Shown one piece after another: positions 16,701 to 29,359 of a stretch of 64,000 bases of DNA (positions are counted from its first letter, which is position 1; each line of letters opens with the position of its first letter). Source of the stretch: Takakia lepidozioides (lineage: Eukaryota; Plantae; Bryophyta). The stretch spans positions 5,704,001 to 5,768,000 of the forward strand of contig CM060733.1 in NCBI GenBank assembly GCA_030704615.1, written 5' to 3'. The notes below the pieces were generated by a model. It was given only the letters and a program-made list of their open reading frames with translations. It was not told where the DNA came from and did no database searches. Both the position numbers and the translations under genes were made by a program.

Positions 16701-18342
16701 AAGGTTTGATTTTGTTATTACCTACCGTCCCGGACATCTTCAAGGAAAACCAGATGCTCTTTCTCGACGATCGTATCTTGCGCCAAAAGAAGGGGATGCT
16801 GCTTTTGACCAACAGAAATCCATCATCTTGAAACCAGCAAATCTCCAATTGAATATGCTATCCATGTCCACCTATGACGATGTCGAGATCATAAAGGAGA
16901 TTCAGGAAGCACTAAAGAGCGACCAATTCGCTATGACACTACGAAGTCAATTAAATCGACCTCGAGACAACCCACATGTTACAAACGACTACGAGTTCAA
17001 AGATGACTTATTTTATTTCAATGGACTTCTCTATGTACCTCCAGGACCTACACGACTTCGAATTTTTCAAACATGTCATAATCTTCTGGCTGCAGGACAT
17101 TTCGGCTTCAACAAAACAATGGAATTGATATCCAGGGACTATTGGTGGCCGCAGATGTGGAAACTCGTGAAAGAATTTATAAAATCTTGCGACACGTGTG
17201 CTAGAGCGAAGGGACCACGACATCGACCTTACGGCCTTCTTCAACCATTACCCATTCCCAAGGGTCCATGGTCGTCCGTGTCTATGGACTTTATTACGGA
17301 CCTTCCAATCTCCAAGACCACTGATTCAATCCTTGTTATTGTAGATCGTTTTACGAAGATGACACATTTCATTCCATGTAATAAGACAGTTATCGGCGAA
17401 GAAACTGCAAGACTCTTCCTCAATAATATCTACCGCATTCATTGACTCCCGAATGACATCGTATCTGATCGAGGACCACAGTTCATATCAAATTTCTGGA
17501 GGGGATTATTTCACATATTGAATACTAAGATCAAGCTTTCTACAGCTAATCATCCACAAACTGATGGTCAAACCGAACGTGTAAACCAGATTTTGGAGTA
17601 GTATCCTCGCTGTACGATAAATTATCACCAAGATAATTGGACGGACCTTTTGTCATTGGCTGAGTTTGCCTACAACAACACTATACATTCTTCGACCCAG
17701 CAAACTCCATTTTTCTCCAATTATGGTCATCATCCTCGAGCAAACCCTTTCCACATGAAGACTGTTGGAAGCCCTGCTGCAGAAAACCTTGCTACTCATC
17801 TTGCTACAATTCACAAAGAGCTTACATTCCACCTCGCAGAAGCTCAAAAATAATACAAGGAGTATGCAGATCAACGTCGCCAACTCCAACCCCAGTTCAA
17901 GGTCGGAGATCGTGTGTGGCTTCTTCGACGGGACATACAAACCTCGCGACCATCAAGGAAGTTGGATTATCAACGCCTGGGCCCATTCAAAATTATTCGA
18001 CAAATAAATCCGGTCAGTTTTCGGCTTGAACTCCCACGAAGTATGTGCATCCATCCAGTCTTTCATGTTTCATTATTGGAGTTGTATCATCCATCGAATA
18101 TTCCAGGGAGAGTTTCCGTACCACCTCCACCAATCGAAATCAATCAGGAAATTGAGTATGAAGTCGACGAAGTCCTAGACTCTCGCATCAAGTATAAACA
18201 TCTTGAGTATTTCGTACATTGGAAAGACTACGACATCAGCGAACAAACGTAGGAACCTTCATTCAACCTCGTCAATGCATCTGACAAAGTCCAAGAGTTT
18301 CATCAACGATATCCAGCTAAGCCCCGAGCTACACGTCAATAA
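13798..18342 (+). pseudogene. Chromovirus gag-pol (gag, PR, RT, RNase H, IN, chromodomain) with stops and frameshifts
   Basis: PEKFDGTRSRFREF (gag), LLDSGAS (PR), YLDD region, EADASDFALGAVLSQ (RH), H..GHFG..CDTC + SMDFITDLP (IN), LGPFKI (GPY/F), EYEVDEVLDSR..YFVHWKDY (chromo). Confidence 0.95.
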
Positions 18343-18449
18343 GACGTCACAACGATGATGTCAGCCAAGTTAGCTTCAAGGTGATGACTCCGCATTCAAT
18401 GTACCTGATACACGCTAAGGAGGGAGGAGCACCACACATTAGTATATAT

Positions 18450-19250
18450 AGCTACACTTCAAGCACTCTTGCACCTGTGCCACATGTCCCATTACTGCTT
18501 GCAGAAGCTACATGTGTAGCTGCCGGTGTCACCGCTGCCATTGTGCCTCTAGTGATGGAGACTTAGTTAGGTGACCAATACACCCGCCATTCTCAATCTC
18601 CACCTCATGTCCCCACCTAAACTCATGGTAGTCATCTATGGGAGGCCCCTCAAGGTGCTGAAACAGCCCCTTCAACGCCATTAAAGGCGTAAACAGTTGT
18701 GGATTGCGGATCTGCTGCAAATCACACCAACTATCAAACTCATGTATGAAATCATCAAGCTCGATGATGCCCACAGCTCCAGGGTACTGACGAGGCCCCT
18801 TGGTAGCTCCATACATTTCCTCCATCGTATCTGAGAACAATGGCACAGAAATGGCTTGCACCCTCGGCGAGAATCTTCCTAACTCCGAGTCTGAATCTTC
18901 CTCAGAAGACACTGAAGGAGAAGGTGGCTTGAACCGCACACCTCGTCTTGTATACCCACTAGTATCACTGGTGCTCGTACCGTCACTCTCCTCAGCAACT
19001 GGTGGCATCTCCGTGATGAAAACTCGCACTCAAACCGGTTGTAAACCTGTCTTTAATCCCCCTTTCCACAAAGTAACCGGGTAGAGAACCTGTTGCGGCT
19101 TATGGTTTGGAATACTAGGTTCCTAGTATAAACCTGCACCTGCATCTACATCCACCGTAAGCACTCCTATGGTCTGCTGGTCATCAACCCCGCCTCACCA
19201 TAAGAGAAACAATGATGGTCTGCTGGTCATCACCCCAGCCTCATCACCGA
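18450..19250 (-). pseudogene. N-terminal gag of element B (inside inversion)
   Basis: ORF 18529-19029 (IIELDDFIHEFDSWCDLQQ..FQHLEGPP). Joins in frame to + strand 21491 (SVA|TAPRLVPIFNPVVEFF). Confidence 0.75.
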
Positions 19251-19996
19251 CAGCATGCTCTAGGGTTGGCCGACCACAATAATTCCGGACCAACCACCTA
19301 TGAAGACAAGCGCCCAAACCAAACTAGTATGACGCACAGTCAAGCATGCATGTGTGGGATGAGGATCCAGACACAGAAAACTCAAACAACAAGACCTCCC
19401 ACACCTTAAATCAATCGACCTCCTTGAGGTTCCAATAAACCTATAAGATGGCCAAGTCTCTATAAAAACTAGCTCTGCCTTCGCTTATGGAAAAGCTTCG
19501 GCTTACAAGAATGATGGAAGACTATGGAGAAGAGAAGCTAAAACAATCTCTAAGCCCAGAATGCTCTCATCCCATTACTCCCCCTATCTTCACACCCACT
19601 CTTGCTTGAGCACTATAGATAAGTAAATCCTTAAAGGATCTCTCAAATAACTCTCAAGAGCCCTCAAATTATTGCCATGAACTTCTGAAATCTGCCCTCA
19701 ATCAGCCCCTCACATAGACCCACCAAGGCTTAAGAAGTCTGCAAACTTGGACTCCAAACAGTCCACCGAAAAGCCCCAATGAGCTGGTCAAATTAGTGGC
19801 ATTCAAGGATGCCAATCAGCCTCCAAACAGCTCTTAAAAAGCTCCACAAGTCTGCCTACTATGGGCCTCCAAGGACCTCCAATAGTCCTCTAAACAGCCC
19901 TTAAGAAGCTCCACAAATCTGCCAAGTATTGGCCTCCAAATACCCCCAAACAGCCCTTAAGAAGCTCCACAAATCTGCCAATTATTGACCTCCAAG

Positions 19997-20992
19997 TGTC
20001 AAGGACGAGAACATGACTGAACACAAACAAGAGATAAGACTAGAGGTACAAGGCTAGACAAGAAGTCAAGGTCGGCGTGGCCGAATGCACGATGAGTAAA
20101 TATGAATCAAGACGATCTTTATAACAATGAACAAGAGTACAAGATATTGGAACACGACTTGAATACTGGAATGCTGGAAACTGGACTGGAGTACCAGATA
20201 CTGGAAACTGGGCTAGGGTACTGGGAACTGGACTGGGATACTGGGAACTGGAAACAAGAGTAGCTTAAACTAGTGTTGGCAAGACTGAAGAGTGTCCAGT
20301 CTCGCCTCCTATATATCCTGGCTACTAAGAAGCTTCCCTAAGAAGCTTCCCCTATGACGAGAACATGACTGAACACAAACAAGAGATAAGACTAGAGATA
20401 CAAGGCTAGACAAGAAGTCAAGGTCGGCGTGGCCGAATCCACGATGAGTAAATAGGAATCAAGACGATCTTTATAACAATGAACAACAGTACAAGATATT
20501 GGAACATGACTTGAATACTGGAATGCTGGAAACTGGACTGGAGTGCCAAATACTGGAAACTGGGCTAGGGTACTGGGAACTGGACTGGAATACTGGGAAC
20601 TGGAAACAAGAGTAGCTTGAACTGGTGTTGGCGAGACTGAAGAGTGTCTAGTCTCACCTCCTATATATACTGGCTACTAAGAAGCTTCCCTAAGAAGCTT
20701 CCCCTATGGAGGTTGCTTGCTGGAGAAGTTTCCAAGATTAAACAAAGGTTTTTTGATAGAGAAGCTTCCTTAAACAAATGAGATATCTTGATGGAGAAGT
20801 TTCCTCCAAAGGAAGCTTCCTGAGTAGTTTCCCAAGTTACTCTTAGTACACTTCCGGTAACTTGATAAGTAATGGTAAATCCTGGTAGATCATGGTAAAT
20901 CACGGTAAGTCATGGTAACTTTCGGTAACATGGTAACTTGATAACTTCTGGTTTTTACTCCTAGTAAGTTCCTCTGGGCTATGTCCGTGACA
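19997..20992 (-). repeat. 3' LTR of chromovirus with an internal ~355-bp tandem duplication
   Basis: Near-complete LTR 20992->20357 followed by a second copy of its TATA-R-U5 part 20356->19997, which ends in CTTGACA. Confidence 0.9.
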
Positions 20993-21490
20993 TTACCCCC
21001 TCCTCTAGCGCCGAGTTCTTCGAGGAGCGGTAAAATCTTGGACTTGCTTAGAGTTGGAGAAAATCCAAAATCCGACGAATGGTACTTGTCAAGTATTCGT
21101 CTCTTCGTTCTTGACTCAAATGATTTATAGGTCCCTGCAACCATCGATAGTGTCCAACACCTTGAACTTGGGACCACGCAGTGATTTGAGCATTCTGTTT
21201 TTCGAAACTGCCTTCAAACATGATTTCGTTGCCCTCTGGGTCCGAAGCCTCAACCTCCAACACAATTATCAGACTTCGAGTAGGCTCCACTTGCCGTCGT
21301 ACGGGGTCCAGACAAGGAAGTACGCGTCGCATTGGTGGCCCATCGTCTCGAGAGCGTCGGCGTGATGTTGAAGGTCGTGAGAGTCAGAACGGCTGATCTG
21401 ATAGCTGGGTAAGCGACAACTCCAATGTATTGGTTCCTGCGACTCCATACTGCCAATACAGGAGCTGGGAAGTCCACCCAAGCTCCTGCC

Positions 21491-23460
21491 ACAGCACCAA
21501 GACTTGTGCCTATTTTTAATCCAGTTGTGGAGTTCTTCGAGGAGTGAAGGAGAAACTAACAGGGGATAAAGACGGAGAAATTGCGGAGCTTGCAAGAGTT
21601 CCAACGAAAGCCTATTGAGAGTTTGAGGGAGGCTTACACACGCATGAGGCAATTGATAAATATAACTCAAGGGGTTACAGAAGCTCAAGCAGTCCAATTC
21701 TGGTATGGGATATTGGACAAGGAACTGAGGAGAAGGGTGCGGAATGTAACTCTTTTACAAGTGGCTCAACCTTAGCAAATGTGTTTTTGCTGGCAGAGCG
21801 GATAGAGCTCAATATGGTGGAGGAGCGAGTGGTCAATATGGTGGGGTTTGGTAAGGAGACACAACAAAGTGGAACTCCTAGTTAACAACAACCACTACCC
21901 CAACGTGCACAAGGCAACAATGGGGCTCAAGCAAAGCCCAGGGAAGGTCAGAGATGATCTCAGATGTAGAGGTATCTTCCTTCATTCTCAGGCCAATAAC
22001 AGTCGGGTGTGACATGTTGGAATTGTGGAGGACCCCATGTTAAGAGAGATTGCCCAGAGAAAGGCAAAGGATCGGCATAGGCACAGCCTATACAACTAAA
22101 GTGTGGGCATTGTGGCAAGTATGGGTATGAGGAGACCCATTGTTATGACTTGCATCCTGAGGTACGGCTAGGCCAGTTCCAAGGGAACAATGGTGACCGA
22201 GGATGAGGCAATGCAGTTCAGAGAGGAAGAGGAGGCAGAGGTCGTGGTGGAGATCGTAACCAAAACCAAGGAGCACAGGGTCAAGGTCAAGGTCATGACC
22301 AAGGCATGGTGGATAGGCTTGCCCAATTATAGCAACGTCTTGCTGCCATGGCCACTACTCATGTTGCACCAGCTCCAAGGCCTGAGGTTCAAGCCCCACC
22401 TGCACAACCTCATAACCCTACCGCTGCATTGCCTAGGGCAGATCAGATTGGTATGGGCTTCATGTGTGGAGCCGCACCTGCAGGGCCATTGCATATAGAC
22501 TCTGTTGCTATTGTCACTCAAGCAGCAACGCGTGCTCCTGAGCCAAGAGGAGCGGATGTGGATTTTGATCCACAAAGAGGGAAATTAGCAAGTCGTCAGA
22601 CAAGGCTTCACATTGGCTGAAAAAGTGCCAACTACGTCATCCATGACACCTGCTCGCCCAAGTGTGTCAGAGGTAGAGCCACGAGTACCATTGGCGAGAG
22701 TTGGTGTGGCTCGGGAAATGCTAGTGGGTGGTGCTACAAAGCAAGGTGCAGCCAGTACAATATTGTTGGGGGTGGCTACGGCAATTTGTCAAGCTCCATT
22801 GTTTTCTGCAATGACCATTGCCCGACCATTGCAATGTCGGGGATTCGGCCAGCTGAAGTGTTTAAACTGGTAGCTGTACTCTGTAGGGATGGTGAGACAT
22901 CGACACTATCTGCGGGGATAGCGGATAAGGTGCAGTGCATAGATGCCTTGGAATCGCCATAGCTGTGCCATGGCAAGCGGCAGCTGCAAGATTATAGGAG
23001 TTGTCGGCTAGGCCAGCCATTGAGCGAGATGTGGTGACTCCTTGGGTAGTCCTGGTGGACATTGATCAGGATGGTGTGTTTCAGTTGGGTGGCCCAACCG
23101 GGAGGAGGTATAGGCCAATGCGGGTCTTGTTGGACTCGGGAGCACAACCATTGATGTTGGGGAGCAGCAATTGCAGGCTTGGGCTTTACAGATGCAGATT
23201 TGGAGTCTTACCATTTCCAAATTCAAACATCTTTGGGCGGTTCAGAGAAGGCACAATGGATTATACACCATTAGCTCTTCGTTTGATTCCAGCCAGATCA
23301 TCTTACAGATGGCTCAGTCATGAGAGCTAAAATCATTGTTACGGACGCAATGTCATACGATGTGCTTATTGGTGGGGCTGTGTTATACCCGATGAGATTT
23401 ATTCTGGACTTTTGGGAGGAAACGATATCCTACAGGCTGGAATGGCAGTCAGGGGATGAC
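21491..23460 (+). pseudogene. Element B gag C-terminus and aspartic protease
   Basis: LQEFQRKPIESLREAYTRMRQL, two CCHC-like knuckles ~22010-22150, VLLDSGAQPLMLG, SYDVLIGG. Confidence 0.8.
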
Positions 23461-23829
23461 CGACGTGCACTGCTCCCAGTGCGGTTTATTGGGAATGTAG
23501 CGGTGGATCATACGAACATGATGTCCACATTGGTTGCATTCTTAGGGGTAGTGGCTTTGGGCGGTGAACACTTGGAGGGCAATAGCCATAAAGATGATAG
23601 GCCACCATCTGATAAGGACAAACAATTGGCATACAAGGCTGATTTGCTTCCTCATGTACCTCTGTATATTCCACTATGGGGTACAGTTGGGAATATGCAG
23701 CGAGTGACAGGCTAGTGTGTGTAGCAAACATGACATGAGGCCTTTCCATTGGTGAGCAAGATGAGTTCAGTGACATCACATGGACCACTTCAGTTAGCTC
23801 ATTTGGACACAGTGCCCATTACATGGCAA

Positions 23830-24830
23830 CCACCTGACACAGGGATTTGTTTGCTAGACCTGTTTGGAGACATGAGCATTGGGCTTACAGGAGTGTTGCA
23901 AGCAGGGATTAAAGTACGCAAACGCTTGTATGTGAAGAAGGATGAGATAGCTCGGCGTATTTCTATGCGCCACATCGCTTTGCTCACACACTAGTATCCT
24001 GAGTTGTTGCCTCTCTCAGCAATTCAAGGGTACCAAAAGGCCTTGCCTGTCAAGGACGAGAACATGACTGAATACAAACAAGAGATCAGGCTAGAGGTAC
24101 AAAACTAGACAAGAAGTCAAGGTCGGCGTGGCCGAATGCATGATGAGTAAATAGGAATCAAGACGATCTTTATAACAATGAACAAGAGTACAAGATACAC
24201 GACTTGAATACTGGAATGCTGGAAACTGGACTGAAGTACCAGATATTGAAAACTGGGCTAGAGTACTGGGAACTGGACTAGAGTACTAGGGATTGGAAAC
24301 AAGAGTAGCTTGAACTGGTGTTGGCGACTGAAGAGTGTCCAGTCTCGCTATATATACTGGCTACTACTTAGAAGCTTCCCTAAGAAGCTTCCCCTATGCA
24401 GGTTTCTTGATGGAGAAGCTTCCTTAAACAAAGGAGGTATCTTGATGGAGAAGTGTCCTCCAAAGGAAGCTTCCTGAGCAGTTTCCCAAGTTACTCTTGG
24501 TAATTTGGTGAACCCCCGGTAATTTGGTAAGTAATGATAAATCATGGTAAATCATGGTAAATCACGGTAAGTTATAGTAACTTTCGGTAACATGGTAACT
24601 TGATAACTTCTGGTATTTACTCCTGGTAAGTTCCTCTGGGCTATGTCCGTGACATTGCCAGCAGACATTACCTTGCTGGGGGCGGATGATTTGGACCAAC
24701 ATGGTGCCATTGACTTGGTGACAGTTGGATGGCCTTGCCAAGGACACTCTCCCGCAGGTCATGGGAACATTTGGCTTGCATTATGCAAGGTCGCATTTGT
24801 TTTGGGAGATGTTGCGAGTGTTGCGACATG
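23830..24830 (+). pseudogene. C5-cytosine DNA methyltransferase domain (N-terminal half) within gypsy pol, split by a solo LTR
   Basis: Motif I LLDLFGDMSIG (degenerate FxGxG), motif III-like ADIT, motif IV IDLVTVGWPCQGHSPAG, then motif V GLHYARSHLFWEMLRVL after a frameshift. The frame is restored (QKALP|ADIT) when the solo LTR and one TSD copy are removed. Motifs VI-X are not seen. Confidence 0.88.
24048..24654 (-). mobile_element. Solo LTR of the chromovirus family
   Basis: TG..CA ends; 5-bp TSD TTGCC at 24043-24047 and 24655-24659. Confidence 0.95.
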
Positions 24831-24879
24831 ACTTGTTTGATCCACATTCACCAGAGGAGAGAGACGGAGGATCCAACGA

Positions 24880-25840
24880 TTTCTAAGGGCTTATAGGAAT
24901 TGCTTTGCCTTCGGTTTGAAGGATTTGGGGAGTTTGAAGGGCCAGGAGATTCGTGTTGATTTGGCAAGTAACACGCCAATTTTTCGAAGGCCCTACAAGT
25001 ATAGTGGCATGGAGAGGTCGTTGATCCAGTCACGGACTATGGAGCTGTTCGAAGCTGGATTGGTGGAGCTGTCAGGCAGGGAGTATGCCTCGGCAATGGT
25101 GATGCCAGCTAAGAAGGATATCTATAGCAATTGGACAGAAAGAAAGATATGTGGGGACTGAACCGTCAGACTAAGTCTGATAGATAAGCCATGCCAACTC
25201 CAGAGGAAATCTTTGATGCCATTGGGCATGCGAAGGTGTTTAGCACATTGGACTTACGATTGGGTTATCGCCAGTTGCCAATGAAAGAGGCTGACAAGCA
25301 AAAAAACGGCATTTTTGGGGGATTGACCAGCATGGGAATGATGGTTTGTATCAATGGCGGTTCTTACCGTTTGGGTTGAAGAATGCTCTTGCAGAATTCC
25401 AGAGGGTCATGGATAGGATTCTTGCAGGACTAGACTTCGCCCGGTGCTACGTTGGTGATATCATCGTCTTTAGTGCTACGGTTGAGGAGCATGAGAGATA
25501 CCTTCAGATGGTGTTTGAGCGCTTGAGAGCGCATGGGTTGAAATTGCACCCTGGGAAGTGCAAGTTCTTTCACAAACAGATTGAGTATTTAGGTCACATG
25601 ATATACCCTGGAGGATTGGGTGTTCAACAAACAAACGTGGAGGCCATTGCATGCATTCCACGTCCCACAGATGTGAGTAGAGCTCGTGTTTTCATGGGAT
25701 TGGCAAAATACTATTGACGGTTTGTCAAGGGATTTAGTGGCATTGCAAAGGCTCTTACCAAGTTGACCAAGGTGGGTCAGGAGTGGCAGTGGGAGGAGGA
25801 ACAGGAGGAAACCTTTAAGGAACTCAAGGCTCGATTGACT
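24880..25840 (+). pseudogene. Element B reverse transcriptase (degenerate)
   Basis: TPIFRRPY, FSTLDLRLGYRQ, WRFLPFGLKNA..FQRVMD, CYVGD (YxDD mutated), KLHPGKC, YLGH. Confidence 0.9.
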
Positions 25841-25872
25841 TGTGGAAAAGTATGCTCAAGTGTGGAACATGT

Positions 25873-26510
25873 TGTCAAGGACGAGAACATGACAGAACAC
25901 AAACAAGATATCAGACTAGAGGTACAAGACTGGACAAGAAGTCAAGGTCGGCGTGGCCGAATGCATGGTAGGTGAACATGAATCAAGATAATCTTTATAA
26001 CAATGGACAATAGTACAAAATACTGGAACTTGACTCGGATACTGGAATGCTAGAAACTGGACTGGAATACCAGATACTAGAAACTGGACTGGATACTGGA
26101 AGCTGGACTGGAGTACTGGACTTGGAACAAGAGTAGCTTGAACTTGTGTTGGCGAGACTGAAGAGTGTCCAGTTTCGCCTCCTATATATACTGGCTACTA
26201 AGAAGCTTCCCCAAGAAGCTTCCCCTATGGAGATTTCTTGCTGGAGAAGTTTCCAAGATTAAACAAAGGTTTCTTGATGGAGAAGCTTCCTTAAACAAAG
26301 GAGGTATCTTGATGGAGAAGTTTCCTCCAAAGGAAGCTTCCTGAGTAGTTTCCCAAGTTACTCTTGGTAATTTGGTAAACTCCTGGTAATTTGGTAAGTA
26401 ATGGTAAATCATGGTAGATCACGATAGTCATGGTAACTTTCGGTAATATGGTAACTTGGTAACTTCTAGTATTTACTCCTGGTAAGTTCATCTGGGCTAT
26501 GTCCGTGACA
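25873..26510 (-). mobile_element. Solo LTR of the chromovirus family
   Basis: TG..CA ends; 5-bp TSD CATGT at 25868-25872 and 26511-26515. Confidence 0.95.
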
Positions 26511-26981
26511 CATGTACTCAGACAAGTATGTATTGTGAAAACACTCTGTCACCTATCCCACTTCTCAACACAACTAATTTTTCCCCTTGTTGGGAAGAAA
26601 TAGACAAGTTTCTTTCACAAGAAGACACCACTGCAGGAGATATTATAGCCATCAATCTCTGCTGACATCTCATCATTCTCCTCCAAGGACATGGGAGTTC
26701 TTTGCCTTGATCTGAAAGTGGTAAACACCAGTATACGACAAAATAAAATCCTCAAGTTATTGAGGATGAACTTTGAGCAACCGAATGTCATTTTTATTTT
26801 ATTTTTTTAAAAACAAGTGGAAACACATGGGAGTGACTGCTCACAAATCAGTCCCCTGAATTGTGGTGAGAGGAAAAAATAACCTCTTTCATAGATACCG
26901 CCGTAAGGCGCTGAGAGATGAGACACTGCCCATGGGAAGGGGCATTTTTTCTTTCTAAAAACTTAGGAAAAAAAAAACAAC

Positions 26982-27096
26982 GTGACTGCCAATACTGTGG
27001 TGGTCGCTTCACATTTTTAAATTAAAGAAAAATAACCGCCAATTATGCGGTCGCTTAATTGTTCATTTTTTTTAAAATAACGACCGCCAATCTGGC
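26982..27096. repeat. Three units of the ~50-bp palindromic minisatellite also seen at 44162-44870
   Basis: gtgactgccaa..tggtggtcgc, ataaccgccaattatgcggtcgc and acgaccgccaatctggc, with A/T spacers. Confidence 0.7.
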
Positions 27097-27469
27097 ATGG
27101 CCTCATAGATACTTGCCCAAGCTCCACAGACATCACTTCTAAAAACAGCCCACAACTCCTTCCAAACCCTTTTACTCTGTTTATGGCTTCCCAGCGGTCG
27201 CATATCACAAAGTGTCGAGGCGACCGCTGACCGGTCGACCATGAAGATTCTCTAAAACCTTCCTAGGCCACTCCAAATCATCGCATATTTCCCTTCGTTG
27301 GGATGACATTGGAAAAATGAGATATGGCCAATGCACAGGTGCAAAACATTTGTGAAAATGTGTCACATCAACCGTTTGAGGCCTAGGAGGAGGCATGAGG
27401 AGCAGACAATGAACAATTATGGGATGCGTTAACTTGCACCAATCAACATTTCCGGCATACTGCCAACTG

Positions 27470-28530
27470 ATGGTTGCCATCCAAATTATTTTTTTTTTTG
27501 CTTTGAAACTTTGTCAGTATATTCACTGTACTATCTGACAGGTCCTGGACAAATATGAGATTAAACGAAATTCCTTCAAAGGGCGATCTAATCGTTGCCT
27601 ATCCAAATGATTTTTGTTTGCTTCAAACTTTGCTAGCATTCTCTACATACCATCCGAAAGATCCTGGACAAATATGAGATAAAACAAAACTCATTCAAAG
27701 GGTGATCGAATAATTGACCATCGAATTGATTTTTGTTTGCTTTGAAAATTTCGCCTGTATGTTCAACATACCATCTAATATGTCCTCGAGAAATATGAGA
27801 TCAATCAAAATTCATTCAAAAGGCGATCGAATAGTTGACCATCCAAATGATTTTTGTTTACTTTGAAACTGTGCCAGTATGTTCAACATACCATCTCACA
27901 GGTCCCGGGCAAATATGACATCAAACGAAATTCATTCAAATGGCAATCGAATAGTTCACCATCTAATTGATTTTTGTTTGCTTTGAAACTTTGCAAGTAT
28001 ATTTATCATACCATCTAATAGGTCCCGGACAAATATGAGATCAAAGAAAATTCATTCAATGGGCCAACGGACGGTTTCCCATGAAAGTGATTTTTGTTTG
28101 CTTCGAAACTTTGCCAATACATTCAACATATCATCTAACAGGTCCCATAACTAATATGAGATCAATCAAAATTCATTCATTGGGCCAATAGATGGTTGCC
28201 TATCCAAATGATTTTTGTTTACTTTGAAACTTTGTTTAAATGTTCAACATACCATCTCAAAGGTCCCGGACAAATATGAGATCAATTGAAATTCATTCAG
28301 TAGGCCAATGGATGGTTGTCCATCCAAATGACTTTTATTTGCTTTGAAACTTTGCTTGTATGTGCAACATACCATCTTACAGGTCCCGGACAAATATGAG
28401 ATCAATCAGAACTCATTCAAATGCGATCGAATCGGTACCCATCCAAATGACTTTTGTTTGCTTTCAAACTTTGCTAGTATGTTCATCATACCATCTAACA
28501 GGTCTTGGACTAATATGAGATCAATCAAGC
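27470..28530 (+). repeat. 120-bp tandem repeat, ~9 units
   Basis: Unit ~atccaaatgatttttgtttgctttgaaactttgc..accatctaacaggtcccggacaaatatgagatcaa..aaattcattcaa recurs every ~120 bp (27601, 27721, 27841 ... 28441). Confidence 0.95.
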
Positions 28531-28654
28531 AGAAGCATAAACTGAGAGTTGGAAATAGAGAAGGAGTGAGACACCACAACAAGGATAAGCAGCCATATCG
28601 ACGCGGCTCAAAAGGAGGAGATACCATGAGGCATTGTGCCAAAATAGATATCAG

Positions 28655-29346
28655 ATGGCTCTCATTGTTCGATGTGCATGAATCTTTATGACCTAGAGGG
28701 AGGTCATGTGCTTGGATCATGTGGACATATGTTCCATCCCATGTGTCTTATCCATGCATCCTTATGGATGAACGCTTGCCCAAAATGTTGTACACCAATC
28801 CATCGTTGTTTCTATGAGCTGGTGGGCTTGGAAGATCTTATATCAATAGGTTATGAGTACAATCGGCACAACTCCATTGGATGGGCTACCATTTACATTT
28901 CTCAATTGTGTGCATTGGGGCAAAAATTTGTTGTGGGATGCAGACAGAGGAATACATAACATACATGCTGCAAACCGGAATACAGTAGTAAATCACCCCA
29001 ATATTTCTGAGTCACATCTGACTGGGAGATAACGGTACGTGCGGGAAGCATAATCGATTGGTGGGAGAGAGAGCAATTTTGCCGTACTTTGGGAGGGCAT
29101 TGGAGTGAGGCCAGGGGGAGGTTTTTCCGACTCCCAGAGGTCCAATGGGTACCGCAACAGAACAAATTATATGACCGACAACCAATTGGGAGACATTTGT
29201 TGTTGTTGGAAATGGAAGATGCTATATTATGTCATTGTCGAATGAATACGGCGTACAAGGATGTGAACCACAAAGGTATGAACCACATACCCACAAAGTT
29301 CTCGAACCACAAAAAAAAATCATGTGGATGGGGAACAAGTCAATGA
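28655..29346 (+). pseudogene. Degenerate RING-H2 zinc-finger gene fragment
   Basis: CSMC-x13-CGHMFHPMC-x10-CPKC is C3H2C3 spacing. Followed by frameshifted coding-like sequence. Confidence 0.7.
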
Positions 29347-29359
29347 CTACATGAATGCT

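Larger units (their letters stand above)
13116..21490 (+). mobile_element. Chromodomain Ty3/gypsy (Tcn1/Tf1-like chromovirus) inserted in the LTR of element B; its 3' end lies in an inverted segment
   Basis: 5' LTR 13116-13759, gag-pol 13798-18342. The PPT (gaggagggggtaa) and 3' LTR are on the - strand (20992->19997). TSD CTTGG at 13111-13115 and, reverse-complemented, at 19992-19996. Confidence 0.92.
11562..25840 (+). mobile_element. Ty3/gypsy LTR retrotransposon 'B' carrying a C5-cytosine DNA methyltransferase domain; 3'-truncated, nested and partly inverted
   Basis: Putative 5' LTR TGAAGA (11562) ... TCTTCA (end at 19301, inverted). Gag N-term on - strand 18450-19250, gag C-term from 21491 with Zn knuckles (CWNCGGPHVKRDC), protease LLDSGA (~23127), MTase motifs, RT to ~25840. 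Confidence 0.8.
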
